This document shows, piece by piece, positions 53,384 to 61,898 of a DNA stretch of 64,000 nucleotides. Both the position numbers and the translations under genes were made by a program. This DNA is from an uncultured Clostridia bacterium (lineage in GTDB: Bacteria; Bacillota; Clostridia; Christensenellales; UBA1242), in the NCBI GenBank assembly GCA_944381185.1, contig CALWKE010000002.1, positions 2,050 to 66,049 of the forward strand, in the 5' to 3' direction. The first letter of the stretch is position 1. Each line of letters begins with the position of its first letter. The notes below the pieces were generated by a model, which saw only the letters and a list, made by a program, of their open reading frames with translations, made no database searches and had not been told where the DNA came from.

Positions 53384-54352
53384 TTATTGCATAGATTTTT
53401 CGTCAATTGATTGTTCAATTTCAATTTTTCTAATTTGCACTTGATTTATGTTTGTTTTGTAAAGTGCAGATTTATTAAAACTAGCAAGTTCGCCAATTGT
53501 TTTGATACCAAGGTCTTTAATTTTATGCATGAGTCCTTTTGCAAGATTTAATGTTTCAACTGAAAGATTTAATGTTTCTTCAGTTGCAGAAAAATAAGAA
53601 TTTTGAACGATTGTTGGCTTTGTCATTGTTGTTGTCTCCTTATATTTAGTTGTTGAAGTTATTAAATTATCTGTTTGGACTGTGGCGTGCAAATTTTGTG
53701 TTTGAGTGCTATTTAATTCTTGATTTTGCAAATACATTTGATAATCATAAATAAATTTTTCGTAACGCTTTTGAATAGCTTGTTTTTTGATATTTAAATA
53801 TTTATTTTCTCGTTTACCAGTTTGCTCAATTTTAGATGCGTTTCTTTCAAAAAAAACTCCATATTTTGCAAGTTCGGTTTTAAGTTTTTCAATTTCTTCC
53901 GATTCTATGCCGTATTTTTTAAGTATGCTTGATTTTAATATTGAAAGGTCACCGAGAGTTTCAACACCTGAATTTTTTATAAATTTTATTTTTCCAATTT
54001 TATTATAGAGTTGTTCACCAATGTCTAATATATCAACTGAAAAATCATAAGTTGAATAATCAGAATCAAGCAAGTGCAAACCAAAAACTGCAAGGGAATT
54101 TTTTAACTCGTCAATAATTTTTGTAGGAGTGATTTTTAAATTTCCAATATGTCGAATAAGAACTGCGTAAAGGTCAGCACTTTTAACTTTTGTTAAATCG
54201 CCAATAGTTGCAAGTGATTGAACAAAGGTTACGCCCGTTACTTCTTTTTCAATTTTTTTAAAAACTTCCTTTGAAGGGGCTGACAAATCTAGGGCATAGA
54301 TTGGAAAGTCTAATATTCTTTTTTCAGGGCTAATTGGTGGTTTAAAAAGCAT
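53384..54352 (-). CDS. protein with three RNA polymerase alpha-subunit C-terminal-domain-like (HhH) modules
   Basis: 322 aa. Three segments resemble the alpha-CTD pattern (..L-[DN]-L-S-x-x-x-x-N-x-L-x-x-x-G-I-x-T-[IV]-G-[DE]-L..). An example is TLNLSVETLNLAKGLMHKIKDLGIKTIGELASFNKSALYK. Confidence 0.6.
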   Translation of the reverse strand: MLFKPPISPEKRILDFPIYALDLSAPSKEVFKKIEKEVTGVTFVQSLATIGDLTKVKSADLYAVLIRHIGNLKITPTKIIDELKNSLAVFGLHLLDSDYSTYDFSVDILDIGEQLYNKIGKIKFIKNSGVETLGDLSILKSSILKKYGIESEEIEKLKTELAKYGVFFERNASKIEQTGKRENKYLNIKKQAIQKRYEKFIYDYQMYLQNQELNSTQTQNLHATVQTDNLITSTTKYKETTTMTKPTIVQNSYFSATEETLNLSVETLNLAKGLMHKIKDLGIKTIGELASFNKSALYKTNINQVQIRKIEIEQSIDEKSMQ

Positions 54353-54457
54353 TTGATTTTCTCCAAAATAATATTAGTTAGAATTATAACACATCAAATT
54401 AGTAAAAAAGACGATTTCTAAAATTTTTAATTTATTTTTTAAATTATAAAAAAGTTA

Positions 54458-54486
54458 TTGCAAAAATTGTTTTTGTGTGTTATTAT
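54458..54486 (+). promoter_or_regulatory. sigma-A promoter of rpsB-tsf
   Basis: TTGCAA-17 nt-TATTAT, giving an approximately 115-nt leader before rpsB. Confidence 0.7.
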
Positions 54487-54609
54487 CTTGCTATCACACA
54501 TTTGTGGTGATGTTTTTAGTGTTGCGTGAAATTAAAATTTTTGAGTGATTTTGCGTTCTAAAAGCAGATGACCCGCAAAGAGGGATAAACAAAAGGAGAT
54601 TTTTTTATT

Positions 54610-55446
54610 ATGGCAGTTGTATCAATGAAACAATTACTAGAGGCAGGTGTTCACTTTGGTCACCCAACAAGAAAATGGAACCCAAAGATGAAAAAATACA
54701 TTTTTACTGCAAGAAATGATATTTATATTCTTGACCTCGAAAAAACCGTAACTTTGATTGATGAGGCTTATGCATTTGTTAAATCAACAGTTGAAGCTGG
54801 CGGTTCAATCCTATTTGTAGGAACAAAAAAACAAGCTAAAGATGCAGTTATTGAAGAAGCTCAAAGAGCAGGTATGTTCTATATGGGTAATCGTTGGCTT
54901 GGTGGCACACTCACAAACTTCAAAACAATTAGAAGCAGAGTAGACAGACTTGCAAAATTAAACCAAATGGAAACAACAGGTGAATTTGAACTTTTACCTA
55001 AAAAGGAAGTTTTGGGTTTAAAGGCTGAAAGGCAAAAACTTGAAGATAACCTTGGTGGAATTAAGGAAATGAGAACTCTTCCTGCAGCACTTTTTGTTGT
55101 TGACCCGGGAAAGGAATATATTGCTGTTCGTGAAGCAAAGAGTTTGGGAATTCCTATTGTTGCACTTGTAGACACTAACTGTGATCCAGATGATATTGAT
55201 TATGTTATTCCGGGTAATGATGATGCTATTCGTGCAGTTAAACTTATTGCTGGTGCTATTGCTGATGCATGTATTGAAGCAAAAGAAGGCGAAGAAGGCT
55301 TGGCAAGAATAAAAGCTGCAGAAGCCGAAGCAGAAGCTGCAAAACATCAAGACGAAAATGCTGAAACTGAAGAAAAAGCAGAAGAAGCAGTTGAAGAAAA
55401 TAAAGTAGAAGAAAAGGCAGAAGAAACTGCTGAAGAAAATAAATAA
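54610..55446 (+). CDS. rpsB: 30S ribosomal protein S2 (with acidic E/A-rich C-terminal tail)
   Basis: [27 protein letters not shown].. is canonical S2. The C-terminus has about 50 aa of E/A/K low complexity. Confidence 0.96.
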   Translation: MAVVSMKQLLEAGVHFGHPTRKWNPKMKKYIFTARNDIYILDLEKTVTLIDEAYAFVKSTVEAGGSILFVGTKKQAKDAVIEEAQRAGMFYMGNRWLGGTLTNFKTIRSRVDRLAKLNQMETTGEFELLPKKEVLGLKAERQKLEDNLGGIKEMRTLPAALFVVDPGKEYIAVREAKSLGIPIVALVDTNCDPDDIDYVIPGNDDAIRAVKLIAGAIADACIEAKEGEEGLARIKAAEAEAEAAKHQDENAETEEKAEEAVEENKVEEKAEETAEENK

Positions 55447-55467
55447 TAATTTTTAAGGAGAATAAAT

Positions 55468-56121
55468 ATGGCAATAACAGCAAAAGATATAACCACATTA
55501 AGAGAGCAAACCGGTGCAGGTATGCTTGATTGTAAGAATGCACTTACAGAGTGCAATGGTGACATGGAGAAGGCAGCAGACTGGCTTCGTGAAAAAGGTA
55601 TTGCAAAGGCTGCTAAAAAGCAATCTAGAATTGCAGCAGAAGGTGCAGTTTTCCTTTACAACCACATGAATGGTAAAATTGGTGTTATGCTTGAACTTAA
55701 CTGTGAAACAGACTTTGTTGCTAAAAATGAAGACTTTCAACAACTTGGTCACGACATCTGCTTGCATATTGCAGCAAATGCTCCAAAATATGTTTCAAGA
55801 GATGAAGTTGATTCAAGTGTTCTTGAAAAAGAAAGAGAAATTCTTCGTGCACAAGTAATCAACGAAGGCAAGCCAGAAGCTATGGCAGACAAGATTGTTG
55901 ATGGAAAAATTGGCAAATTCTATAAAGAAGTTTGCTTGCTTGAACAAGAGTTTGTTAAAGACCCAGATATCACAGTTGAACAACTTGTAACAAATGCAAC
56001 AGCAAAAATTGGTGAAAAGATTTCTGTTAGAAGATTTGCAAGATTTGTTATGGGTGAAGGTCTTGAAAAAAGGCAAGACAATTTGGCTGAAGAAGTTAAA
56101 AAACAAACAGAAGGAAAATAA
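55468..56121 (+). CDS. tsf: translation elongation factor Ts (short form)
   Basis: ..[24 protein letters not shown].. UBA-like N-terminus and ..[14 protein letters not shown]... 217 aa. Confidence 0.95.
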   Translation: MAITAKDITTLREQTGAGMLDCKNALTECNGDMEKAADWLREKGIAKAAKKQSRIAAEGAVFLYNHMNGKIGVMLELNCETDFVAKNEDFQQLGHDICLHIAANAPKYVSRDEVDSSVLEKEREILRAQVINEGKPEAMADKIVDGKIGKFYKEVCLLEQEFVKDPDITVEQLVTNATAKIGEKISVRRFARFVMGEGLEKRQDNLAEEVKKQTEGK

Positions 56122-56132
56122 TAAAGATAAAG

Positions 56133-56155
56133 CACAGGCTTGCCTGTGTTTTTTT
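56133..56155 (+). terminator. rho-independent terminator after tsf
   Basis: CACAGGC-TT-GCCTGTG followed by TTTTTTT. Confidence 0.85.
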
Positions 56156-56219
56156 GTCTTAAAAATTTAATTTTAATGTTTATTTCTTTGTATAAATTGC
56201 ACGACTTTGTTTTTTTTGA

Positions 56220-56248
56220 TTGATAAATATAAAAAAATTTAGTATTAT
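56220..56248 (+). promoter_or_regulatory. sigma-A promoter of frr-uppS-cdsA-rseP
   Basis: TTGATA-17 nt-TATTAT, 57 nt upstream of the frr ATG. Confidence 0.65.
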
Positions 56249-56276
56249 ATATTAAGTTAAAGGAGAATATTTTTTT

Positions 56277-56852
56277 ATGAATACAGATAATGAAAATGTA
56301 AATCTTATTTTTATGGAATTTGAAGAAGAACTTAAAAAGGCAACAAACCATTATGAAAGTGAACTTGCAACAATTCGTGCAGGCAGGGCTAATCCTCACA
56401 TTTTAGACAAAATTTTAGTAGACTATTATGGAACACCAACACCAATTCCACACATGGCAAATGTGTCTGTTCCTGAAGCTAGGCAACTTTTGATTTCGCC
56501 TTGGGATATATCAAATGTTAAAAATATTTCAAAGGCAATACTTGCTTCAGACCTTGGGTTGACACCAACTGATGACGGAAGGGTTATTAGGCTCACATTC
56601 CCAATGCTTACTGAAGAGAGAAGAAGAGAACTTGTTAAAAGCACAAGAAAACTTGTTGAAGATGCAAAAATTGCAAGCAGAAATGCAAGGCGTGATGCTA
56701 TTGAAGCCCTTAAAAAACTTAAAAAAGATGGCGAGATAACCGAAGATGAAGAAGCATCTTATGAAAAGGAAGTTCAAAAGGTTCTTGACGAAACAACTGA
56801 AAAATTTGATAAGATGATGGACGAAAAAGAAAAAGAAATTATGCAGGTTTAG
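56277..56852 (+). CDS. frr: ribosome recycling factor
   Basis: ..ELATIRAGRANPHILD.., ..LTPTDDGRVIRLTFPMLTEERRRELVK... 191 aa. Confidence 0.95.
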   Translation: MNTDNENVNLIFMEFEEELKKATNHYESELATIRAGRANPHILDKILVDYYGTPTPIPHMANVSVPEARQLLISPWDISNVKNISKAILASDLGLTPTDDGRVIRLTFPMLTEERRRELVKSTRKLVEDAKIASRNARRDAIEALKKLKKDGEITEDEEASYEKEVQKVLDETTEKFDKMMDEKEKEIMQV

Positions 56853-56853
56853 T

Positions 56854-57051
56854 ATGCAAAATTTAAACGATCTTATTGGTTTGCCAGTTGAAGAAGCACA
56901 GCTATTATTAAACAAAAATGGTTATAAAAATATAAATTTTATAAATAATTATAAACATAATGATAAGTGTGACACTTTGCTTGTTTGTGCAGTTCGGCAA
57001 GGTGAAGATGATGTGACACTTATCTTGGGTGAATTTTATGTTGGCGTTTAA
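56854..57051 (+). CDS. small PASTA-like domain protein, unknown function
   Basis: 65 aa. The ATG lies 1 nt after the frr stop (translational coupling). ..LNDLIGLPVEEAQLLLNKNGY.. resembles the start of a PASTA-type alpha/beta module. Weak assignment. Confidence 0.45.
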   Translation: MQNLNDLIGLPVEEAQLLLNKNGYKNINFINNYKHNDKCDTLLVCAVRQGEDDVTLILGEFYVGV

Positions 57052-57061
57052 GGAGTAATAA

Positions 57062-57781
57062 ATGTTATTTAAAAGCAAGAACAAAAATAAAATTGACTAT
57101 GACAATATGCCAAAGCATATTGCTTTTATTTGTGATGGAAACAGAAGATGGGCAAAAAAGCGTGGACTTCCAACTCTTTTGGGGCACAAAGAAGGTGTTG
57201 AAGCAATAAAAAGAGTTGTTAGAAGAGCATCTGAAATAAATTTTCCAAATTTAACATTTTTCTGTTTTTCAACTGAAAATTTTGGAAGAAGCAAAGAAGA
57301 AGTTGACTATCTTTTTAACCTGTTTCGTGGTCTTAAAGATATGATTAAAAGTTTTATTAAATATGACTATCGCTTTCATCACACAGGTGACAGGTCGCTT
57401 TTATCTAAAGATATTTTAGACCTTATTGATGAGGCGGAAGAAACGACCAAAAATTGCAAAAAGGGAACAATAAATATTGCACTTGCCTATGGTGGCAGAA
57501 ATGATATTGTGAATGCTTGCAAAAGAATTGTTAGTGAAAAAGTGAAACCAGAGGATATTACTGAAGAATCTTTTAAAAAGTATTTAACCACTGGTGATAT
57601 GCCCGATGTTGACCTTTTGGTTAGAACAAGTGGCGAACAGAGGATTAGTGGTTTTATGCTCTATAACATGGCATATGCGGAACTCTATTTTGTTAAAAAA
57701 CATTGGCCTTCATTTAAGGGCGAAGACCTTGACGAGTGCATAATTGAATATCAAAAGAGAACTCGCAGGTTTGGAAAATAG
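57062..57781 (+). CDS. uppS: isoprenyl transferase (undecaprenyl-diphosphate synthase)
   Basis: ..HIAFICDGNRRWA.. and ..LLVRTSGEQRISGFML.. are cis-prenyltransferase motifs. Confidence 0.94.
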   Translation: MLFKSKNKNKIDYDNMPKHIAFICDGNRRWAKKRGLPTLLGHKEGVEAIKRVVRRASEINFPNLTFFCFSTENFGRSKEEVDYLFNLFRGLKDMIKSFIKYDYRFHHTGDRSLLSKDILDLIDEAEETTKNCKKGTINIALAYGGRNDIVNACKRIVSEKVKPEDITEESFKKYLTTGDMPDVDLLVRTSGEQRISGFMLYNMAYAELYFVKKHWPSFKGEDLDECIIEYQKRTRRFGK

Positions 57782-57794
57782 GGGGCAGATACTA

Positions 57795-58706
57795 ATGAAA
57801 AAAGTAATGTTAACCAGAATTATTACTGGGGCGTTTATTTTGCTTTTTACTGTGGCTTTTGTTTTGCTAAAACAAGTGAGCCCATTATTTTTTGATGCCT
57901 TTGTTTTAATCATCAGTGTTGGTGCAATTTATGAAATTAACAAGGCTTATAAAAATGTAGGCAAAAAAGTGAACTGGATTTTGCTTATTTTTGCAACACT
58001 TTCAATGTGTTTGATTAACATTTTTGTTGAAGATGTTTCAAGAGTTTTTATTTATGACATTTTGCTAGCAATGATTTTGTTTGTTGCATTAATGTTAATA
58101 GATATCATTGTTTTTGCAGTTAACCGCAAAAATGGAACAACTGAACCTGATGCGTCGGTTTTAAATAGCACACTTTTTGATCAAACAAAATTCACAATGA
58201 TGAGTTTTGCTTATCCAGTTTTGTTAATTTCTTCACTTTATATGCTCAATCATTTGCCATATGATATTGGCTATATGGGAATAATTGTTTCGTTTGCCGT
58301 TTCAATGCTCACTGATACTTGTGCACTTTTTGTTGGGGTGGCTTGTGGAAAACGAAAATTTGTTCCTGAAGTTTCTCCAAAGAAATCCGTTGCAGGAGTT
58401 GTTGGGGGGCTTATTGGTGGAGTAATTGGTGCAGGACTTTGTTTTGTTATATTTTATTTCACAAACTGGTTTGCTCTTGATGGTATAAGTTTGCTAAAAT
58501 CAATTTCAGCATTTGCTATTGTTGGTGTGATTGGTTCGTTTATCAATCAACTTGGTGACCTTGTTTCTTCCGCTCTTAAACGAAAGGTTGGGCTTAAAGA
58601 TTTTGCACATATTTTCCCCGAACATGGTGGGTTTATGGACAGGGTTGACGGACTTATGTTTGTTTCAACTTTTGTTTATGTAATTTTTAGTTTACTTTTA
58701 GTATAA
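57795..58706 (+). CDS. cdsA: phosphatidate cytidylyltransferase
   Basis: C-terminal signature SALKRKVGLKDFAHIFPEHGGFMDRVDG. ATG is residue 18 of the track ORF. Confidence 0.92.
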   Translation: MKKVMLTRIITGAFILLFTVAFVLLKQVSPLFFDAFVLIISVGAIYEINKAYKNVGKKVNWILLIFATLSMCLINIFVEDVSRVFIYDILLAMILFVALMLIDIIVFAVNRKNGTTEPDASVLNSTLFDQTKFTMMSFAYPVLLISSLYMLNHLPYDIGYMGIIVSFAVSMLTDTCALFVGVACGKRKFVPEVSPKKSVAGVVGGLIGGVIGAGLCFVIFYFTNWFALDGISLLKSISAFAIVGVIGSFINQLGDLVSSALKRKVGLKDFAHIFPEHGGFMDRVDGLMFVSTFVYVIFSLLLV

Positions 58707-58743
58707 AAAATCAATTTTAACATAGAATTTATTAGGAGATAAT

Positions 58744-60084
58744 ATGACCTTTTTATATATTTTGTTAGCACTTGTTATTCTGCTTGTAATGATAACAGTC
58801 CACGAGTTTGGGCATTATTGTGCTGGCAAAATATTAGGTTTTAAAATAAATGAATTTGCAATAGGATTTGGTCCAAAACTTTATTCTAGAACTAAAAAAG
58901 ACGGAGAAGTTTTTTCAGTTCGTGCACTACCTCTTGGTGGTTTTTGTGCTTTTGAAGGTGAAGATGAAGACGGAAAGTCTAATCCGCAGGCAATGAACAA
59001 TCAACCTGCGTGGAAAAGACTTATTGTTCTTTTGTCGGGTGTTGGCTTTAACTTTTTGTTTGGTGTTTTAACTGCTGCAATTTACTTGATGGTTTCAGGT
59101 TATGCTACTGTTATGGTGACTCAAACGATAAATCAACAAGAAATTCAAACCATGGGGCTTCAAAAAAATGATATTGTTGTTGCTGTTGACGGCAAAACAG
59201 TTGAAGCTTATCGTAACTTTTCAAGTTTAATTGCCGATTACAAAGAAGGTGAAGAATTTGTTGTAACCGTTAATCGTGGTGGAGAAATTGTTTATATAAC
59301 TACTAAAAAACAAAAATTTGATGCTTTTTATTATGTTTCATATCAAGATTATTTAAAAGGGCAACTTTACACAAAAACAGGTGAAGATGTTTATGCTCAA
59401 ATAACAGATGAAGAGTATAGCAAACTTTTAGATGATATTGTTAATCAAGACACTTCAAGTGAAGCTATTGATGCGGTTGGCAAGGGCAGTGCACTAACTG
59501 CTGTTTTAGAAGGATATTACTATAAATTAAATGATGAATACAAACCAGCAAATAGTAATGAAATTATAACTCTTTTGGTTTCAGGAAATGCTGACCAAAA
59601 TATACCAGCATCAATTTCTTATGCAACAGCGGGTGTTAGCATGGGAATAATTCAACAAAATGTTGGTGAAAGTTACAACTTTTTTGAAGCCGTGCTTAAA
59701 GCTTGGCCATTCTGTTTTTATCTTTGTGGGTTAATATTAAGTGCTCTTGGTGGGCTTTTCACGGGCTCGACCGCAGTTTCGGAACTTGGTGGAACAATAA
59801 CTGCAATTTCACAAATGGCAGAAATCAGTTCTTACGGAATTAGTTATTTCTTGCTTCTACTTCCGTTAATAGCAATGAACTTGGCGGTGTTTAACATCTT
59901 GCCAATACCAGCACTTGATGGTGCACGGGCTGTGTTTGTTTTAATTGAAATAATATTTAGAAAGCCTGTTAACCGAACAGTTGAAGCATGGATTCACACA
60001 GTAGGTTTGTTTGTGATTTTGGGGTTTGTTATATTTTTAGATGTCTACCACTTTTTTATAGCGTCCTATTTCTTGCGTTTGTGA
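58744..60084 (+). CDS. rseP: RIP metalloprotease RseP (site-2 protease, M50 family)
   Basis: HEFGHY zinc motif in TM1, a PDZ-like middle region and the NILPIPALDG motif near the C-terminus. Confidence 0.92.
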   Translation: MTFLYILLALVILLVMITVHEFGHYCAGKILGFKINEFAIGFGPKLYSRTKKDGEVFSVRALPLGGFCAFEGEDEDGKSNPQAMNNQPAWKRLIVLLSGVGFNFLFGVLTAAIYLMVSGYATVMVTQTINQQEIQTMGLQKNDIVVAVDGKTVEAYRNFSSLIADYKEGEEFVVTVNRGGEIVYITTKKQKFDAFYYVSYQDYLKGQLYTKTGEDVYAQITDEEYSKLLDDIVNQDTSSEAIDAVGKGSALTAVLEGYYYKLNDEYKPANSNEIITLLVSGNADQNIPASISYATAGVSMGIIQQNVGESYNFFEAVLKAWPFCFYLCGLILSALGGLFTGSTAVSELGGTITAISQMAEISSYGISYFLLLLPLIAMNLAVFNILPIPALDGARAVFVLIEIIFRKPVNRTVEAWIHTVGLFVILGFVIFLDVYHFFIASYFLRL

Positions 60085-60110
60085 TTATTTTATTGTATAA
60101 TCAATTTGCT

Positions 60111-61730
60111 ATGGAAAATGAAAAACTTATTGAAGAATTGAATGCAAGAACAAATAATGAATATAAATTTATGCTTAAATCTGCACTCTTAAAACAGAAT
60201 GCAGATTTTTGTGTGATTGAAATTTTTTATCGTGACGGCATTATGCTTTCAAATGAAAAAAAACAAAAATGTAGCGAAATTTTAAAATCTATTTTGCCTA
60301 AAAAGTTTAAATATGAATTCAAATTCATAAAAAACTTTGTGAGTGAAGAGAGAATTGAAGTTGATTTTAAAAATTTGATGAATAAGAGTTTTGCTTCAAT
60401 TTCGTATAAACTTAAAAGTGTAAATAAAAATGAAAATAAATTTCAAATTGATGCAACAATTGATACACTTTCTTTTGATCATGCAGTTCAAAAAAACCTT
60501 TCAAAACTTATTGAAAATGAGTTAAAAAACAGGTACGAAGATTATGAATTTGAATGTAAATTTCAAGAAGGTGAAGTTTTTAAAGAAAATGAAAAAGAGT
60601 TATTAAAAAATAACTTTAAAGAAGAAGAGGTTGATATTTTTGCAAAACGAAAAATTGAAGTCACTGAAAAAGAGGTTTTGCTTGGAGAAGAAATAGAATG
60701 CCCTGCAAGTTACATTAAAGATAAAAAAGAACCTGAAGAGAATGTTGTTTTTTGTGGAAAAATTAAGGATTTAAAAGATATTGTTATAAAAAGAAAACCA
60801 AAACAAAACAATGAAGAAAAAGAAAATAACAAAGAGTCTACTCAAAATTCTGAAAACGAAGAAGTGCAATCAAAGTATAGTCGAAAGATGTTTAAGTGGA
60901 TTCTTGAAGGGTTTACAGGTTCTGTTTCGTGCGTGTTTTTTTCAAACAAAGAAAATCAACCAGTTTTTGAAAAAATAGCAGATAATATGTCAATTATTGT
61001 TCGTGGAAAACTTGAAAATGATAAATATAGTGGTGACCTTTCACTTGTTGTTAAAGATTTGAGTTTATGCAAACTTCCAGAAAAATTTGAAGAAGTTATT
61101 ATATATAAAAAAGAGAAACCTTTTTATGAATTTGTTGAGCCTGAAAACATTGTGACATATAAGCAAGATGACCTTTTGTCGTTTATGCAAGTTGAAGAAG
61201 TTCCGCCACTGCTTGCAGGAAAAACCTATGTTTGCTTTGACTTTGAAACCACAGGTCTTCATTTTGAAGCGGGAGATAAAATTATTGAAATTGGTGCAGT
61301 TAAAATTGAAAATGGTAAAATAACTCAAAGATTTATGAGTTATGTTGACCCTGAAAAGCCAATTCCACCCAAATCTTCTGCAATTAGTGGTATTGTTGAT
61401 AGTGATGTTGCAGGGGCTCCAAAAGATTATGAAATTTTGCAAGACTTTTATAAATTTACTCGTGGGGCAATTCTCATTGGTTACAATAACATAAACTTTG
61501 ATAATGTGTTTTTGATTGGCCAAGGCAAAGAATGTAGATGGGATTTTGCATCAAATGAAACAGACGATGTTTATAGGTATGCACAAAAGTATGTTCATGG
61601 TGTAAAAAATTACAGACTTGGAACAATTGCAGCGGCTCTTGGAGTTACTCTTGATAATGCACACAGGGCAGTATTTGATGCTCTTGCAACCGCTGAAGTG
61701 TTTATTAAGATTGCAAAAATGATAAAATAG
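60111..61730 (+). CDS. PolC-like N-terminal domain + OB fold + DEDDh 3'-5' exonuclease, without PHP or polymerase core
   Basis: 539 aa from ATG 60111. The OB-like segment ..VVFCGKIKDLKDIV..FKWILEGFTGSVSCVFFSNKE..IIVRGKLENDKYSGDLSLVV.. is followed by Exo I VCFDFETTGL, Exo II GYNNINFD and Exo III AHRAVFDALATAE. The stop follows directly. Confidence 0.8.
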   Translation: MENEKLIEELNARTNNEYKFMLKSALLKQNADFCVIEIFYRDGIMLSNEKKQKCSEILKSILPKKFKYEFKFIKNFVSEERIEVDFKNLMNKSFASISYKLKSVNKNENKFQIDATIDTLSFDHAVQKNLSKLIENELKNRYEDYEFECKFQEGEVFKENEKELLKNNFKEEEVDIFAKRKIEVTEKEVLLGEEIECPASYIKDKKEPEENVVFCGKIKDLKDIVIKRKPKQNNEEKENNKESTQNSENEEVQSKYSRKMFKWILEGFTGSVSCVFFSNKENQPVFEKIADNMSIIVRGKLENDKYSGDLSLVVKDLSLCKLPEKFEEVIIYKKEKPFYEFVEPENIVTYKQDDLLSFMQVEEVPPLLAGKTYVCFDFETTGLHFEAGDKIIEIGAVKIENGKITQRFMSYVDPEKPIPPKSSAISGIVDSDVAGAPKDYEILQDFYKFTRGAILIGYNNINFDNVFLIGQGKECRWDFASNETDDVYRYAQKYVHGVKNYRLGTIAAALGVTLDNAHRAVFDALATAEVFIKIAKMIK

Positions 61731-61792
61731 TGTAAATTTGCCATAAAACGCTGTTATTTCTCAATTTATAAAGAAAAATTTTAACTTTATAC

Positions 61793-61821
61793 TTGCAATT
61801 AATCAGTTTTTAGTATATAAT
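61793..61821 (+). promoter_or_regulatory. consensus sigma-A promoter of rimP-nusA operon
   Basis: TTGCAA-17 nt-TATAAT, 106 nt upstream of the rimP ATG. Confidence 0.75.
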
Positions 61822-61846
61822 TAATTTATGAAATGGCTTGATTTTG

Positions 61847-61876
61847 GGAGTGGTGAAAACCACTCCTAAAATTTTG
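61847..61876 (+). promoter_or_regulatory. leader terminator/attenuator hairpin upstream of rimP-nusA
   Basis: GGAGTGGT-GAAA-ACCACTCC is a perfect 8-bp stem with a GNRA tetraloop, followed by the interrupted U-tract TAAAATTTTGTAAAAAAATTTT. Located between the promoter and the rimP SD. Confidence 0.55.
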
Positions 61877-61898
61877 TAAAAAAATTTTGGAGTGTGTT

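Noticed and set aside
55920-56399. 159-aa minus-strand ORF spanning the tsf 3' end, the intergenic region and the frr 5' end
   Set aside because: It crosses a strong tsf terminator and the frr promoter and overlaps two conserved genes antisense. This is an artefact of AT-rich sequence lacking stops.
61065-61523. 152-aa minus-strand ORF inside the PolC-like exonuclease gene
   Set aside because: Antisense to the DEDDh exonuclease domain, whose three Exo motifs read cleanly on the + strand. The composition is N/F/K-rich noise.
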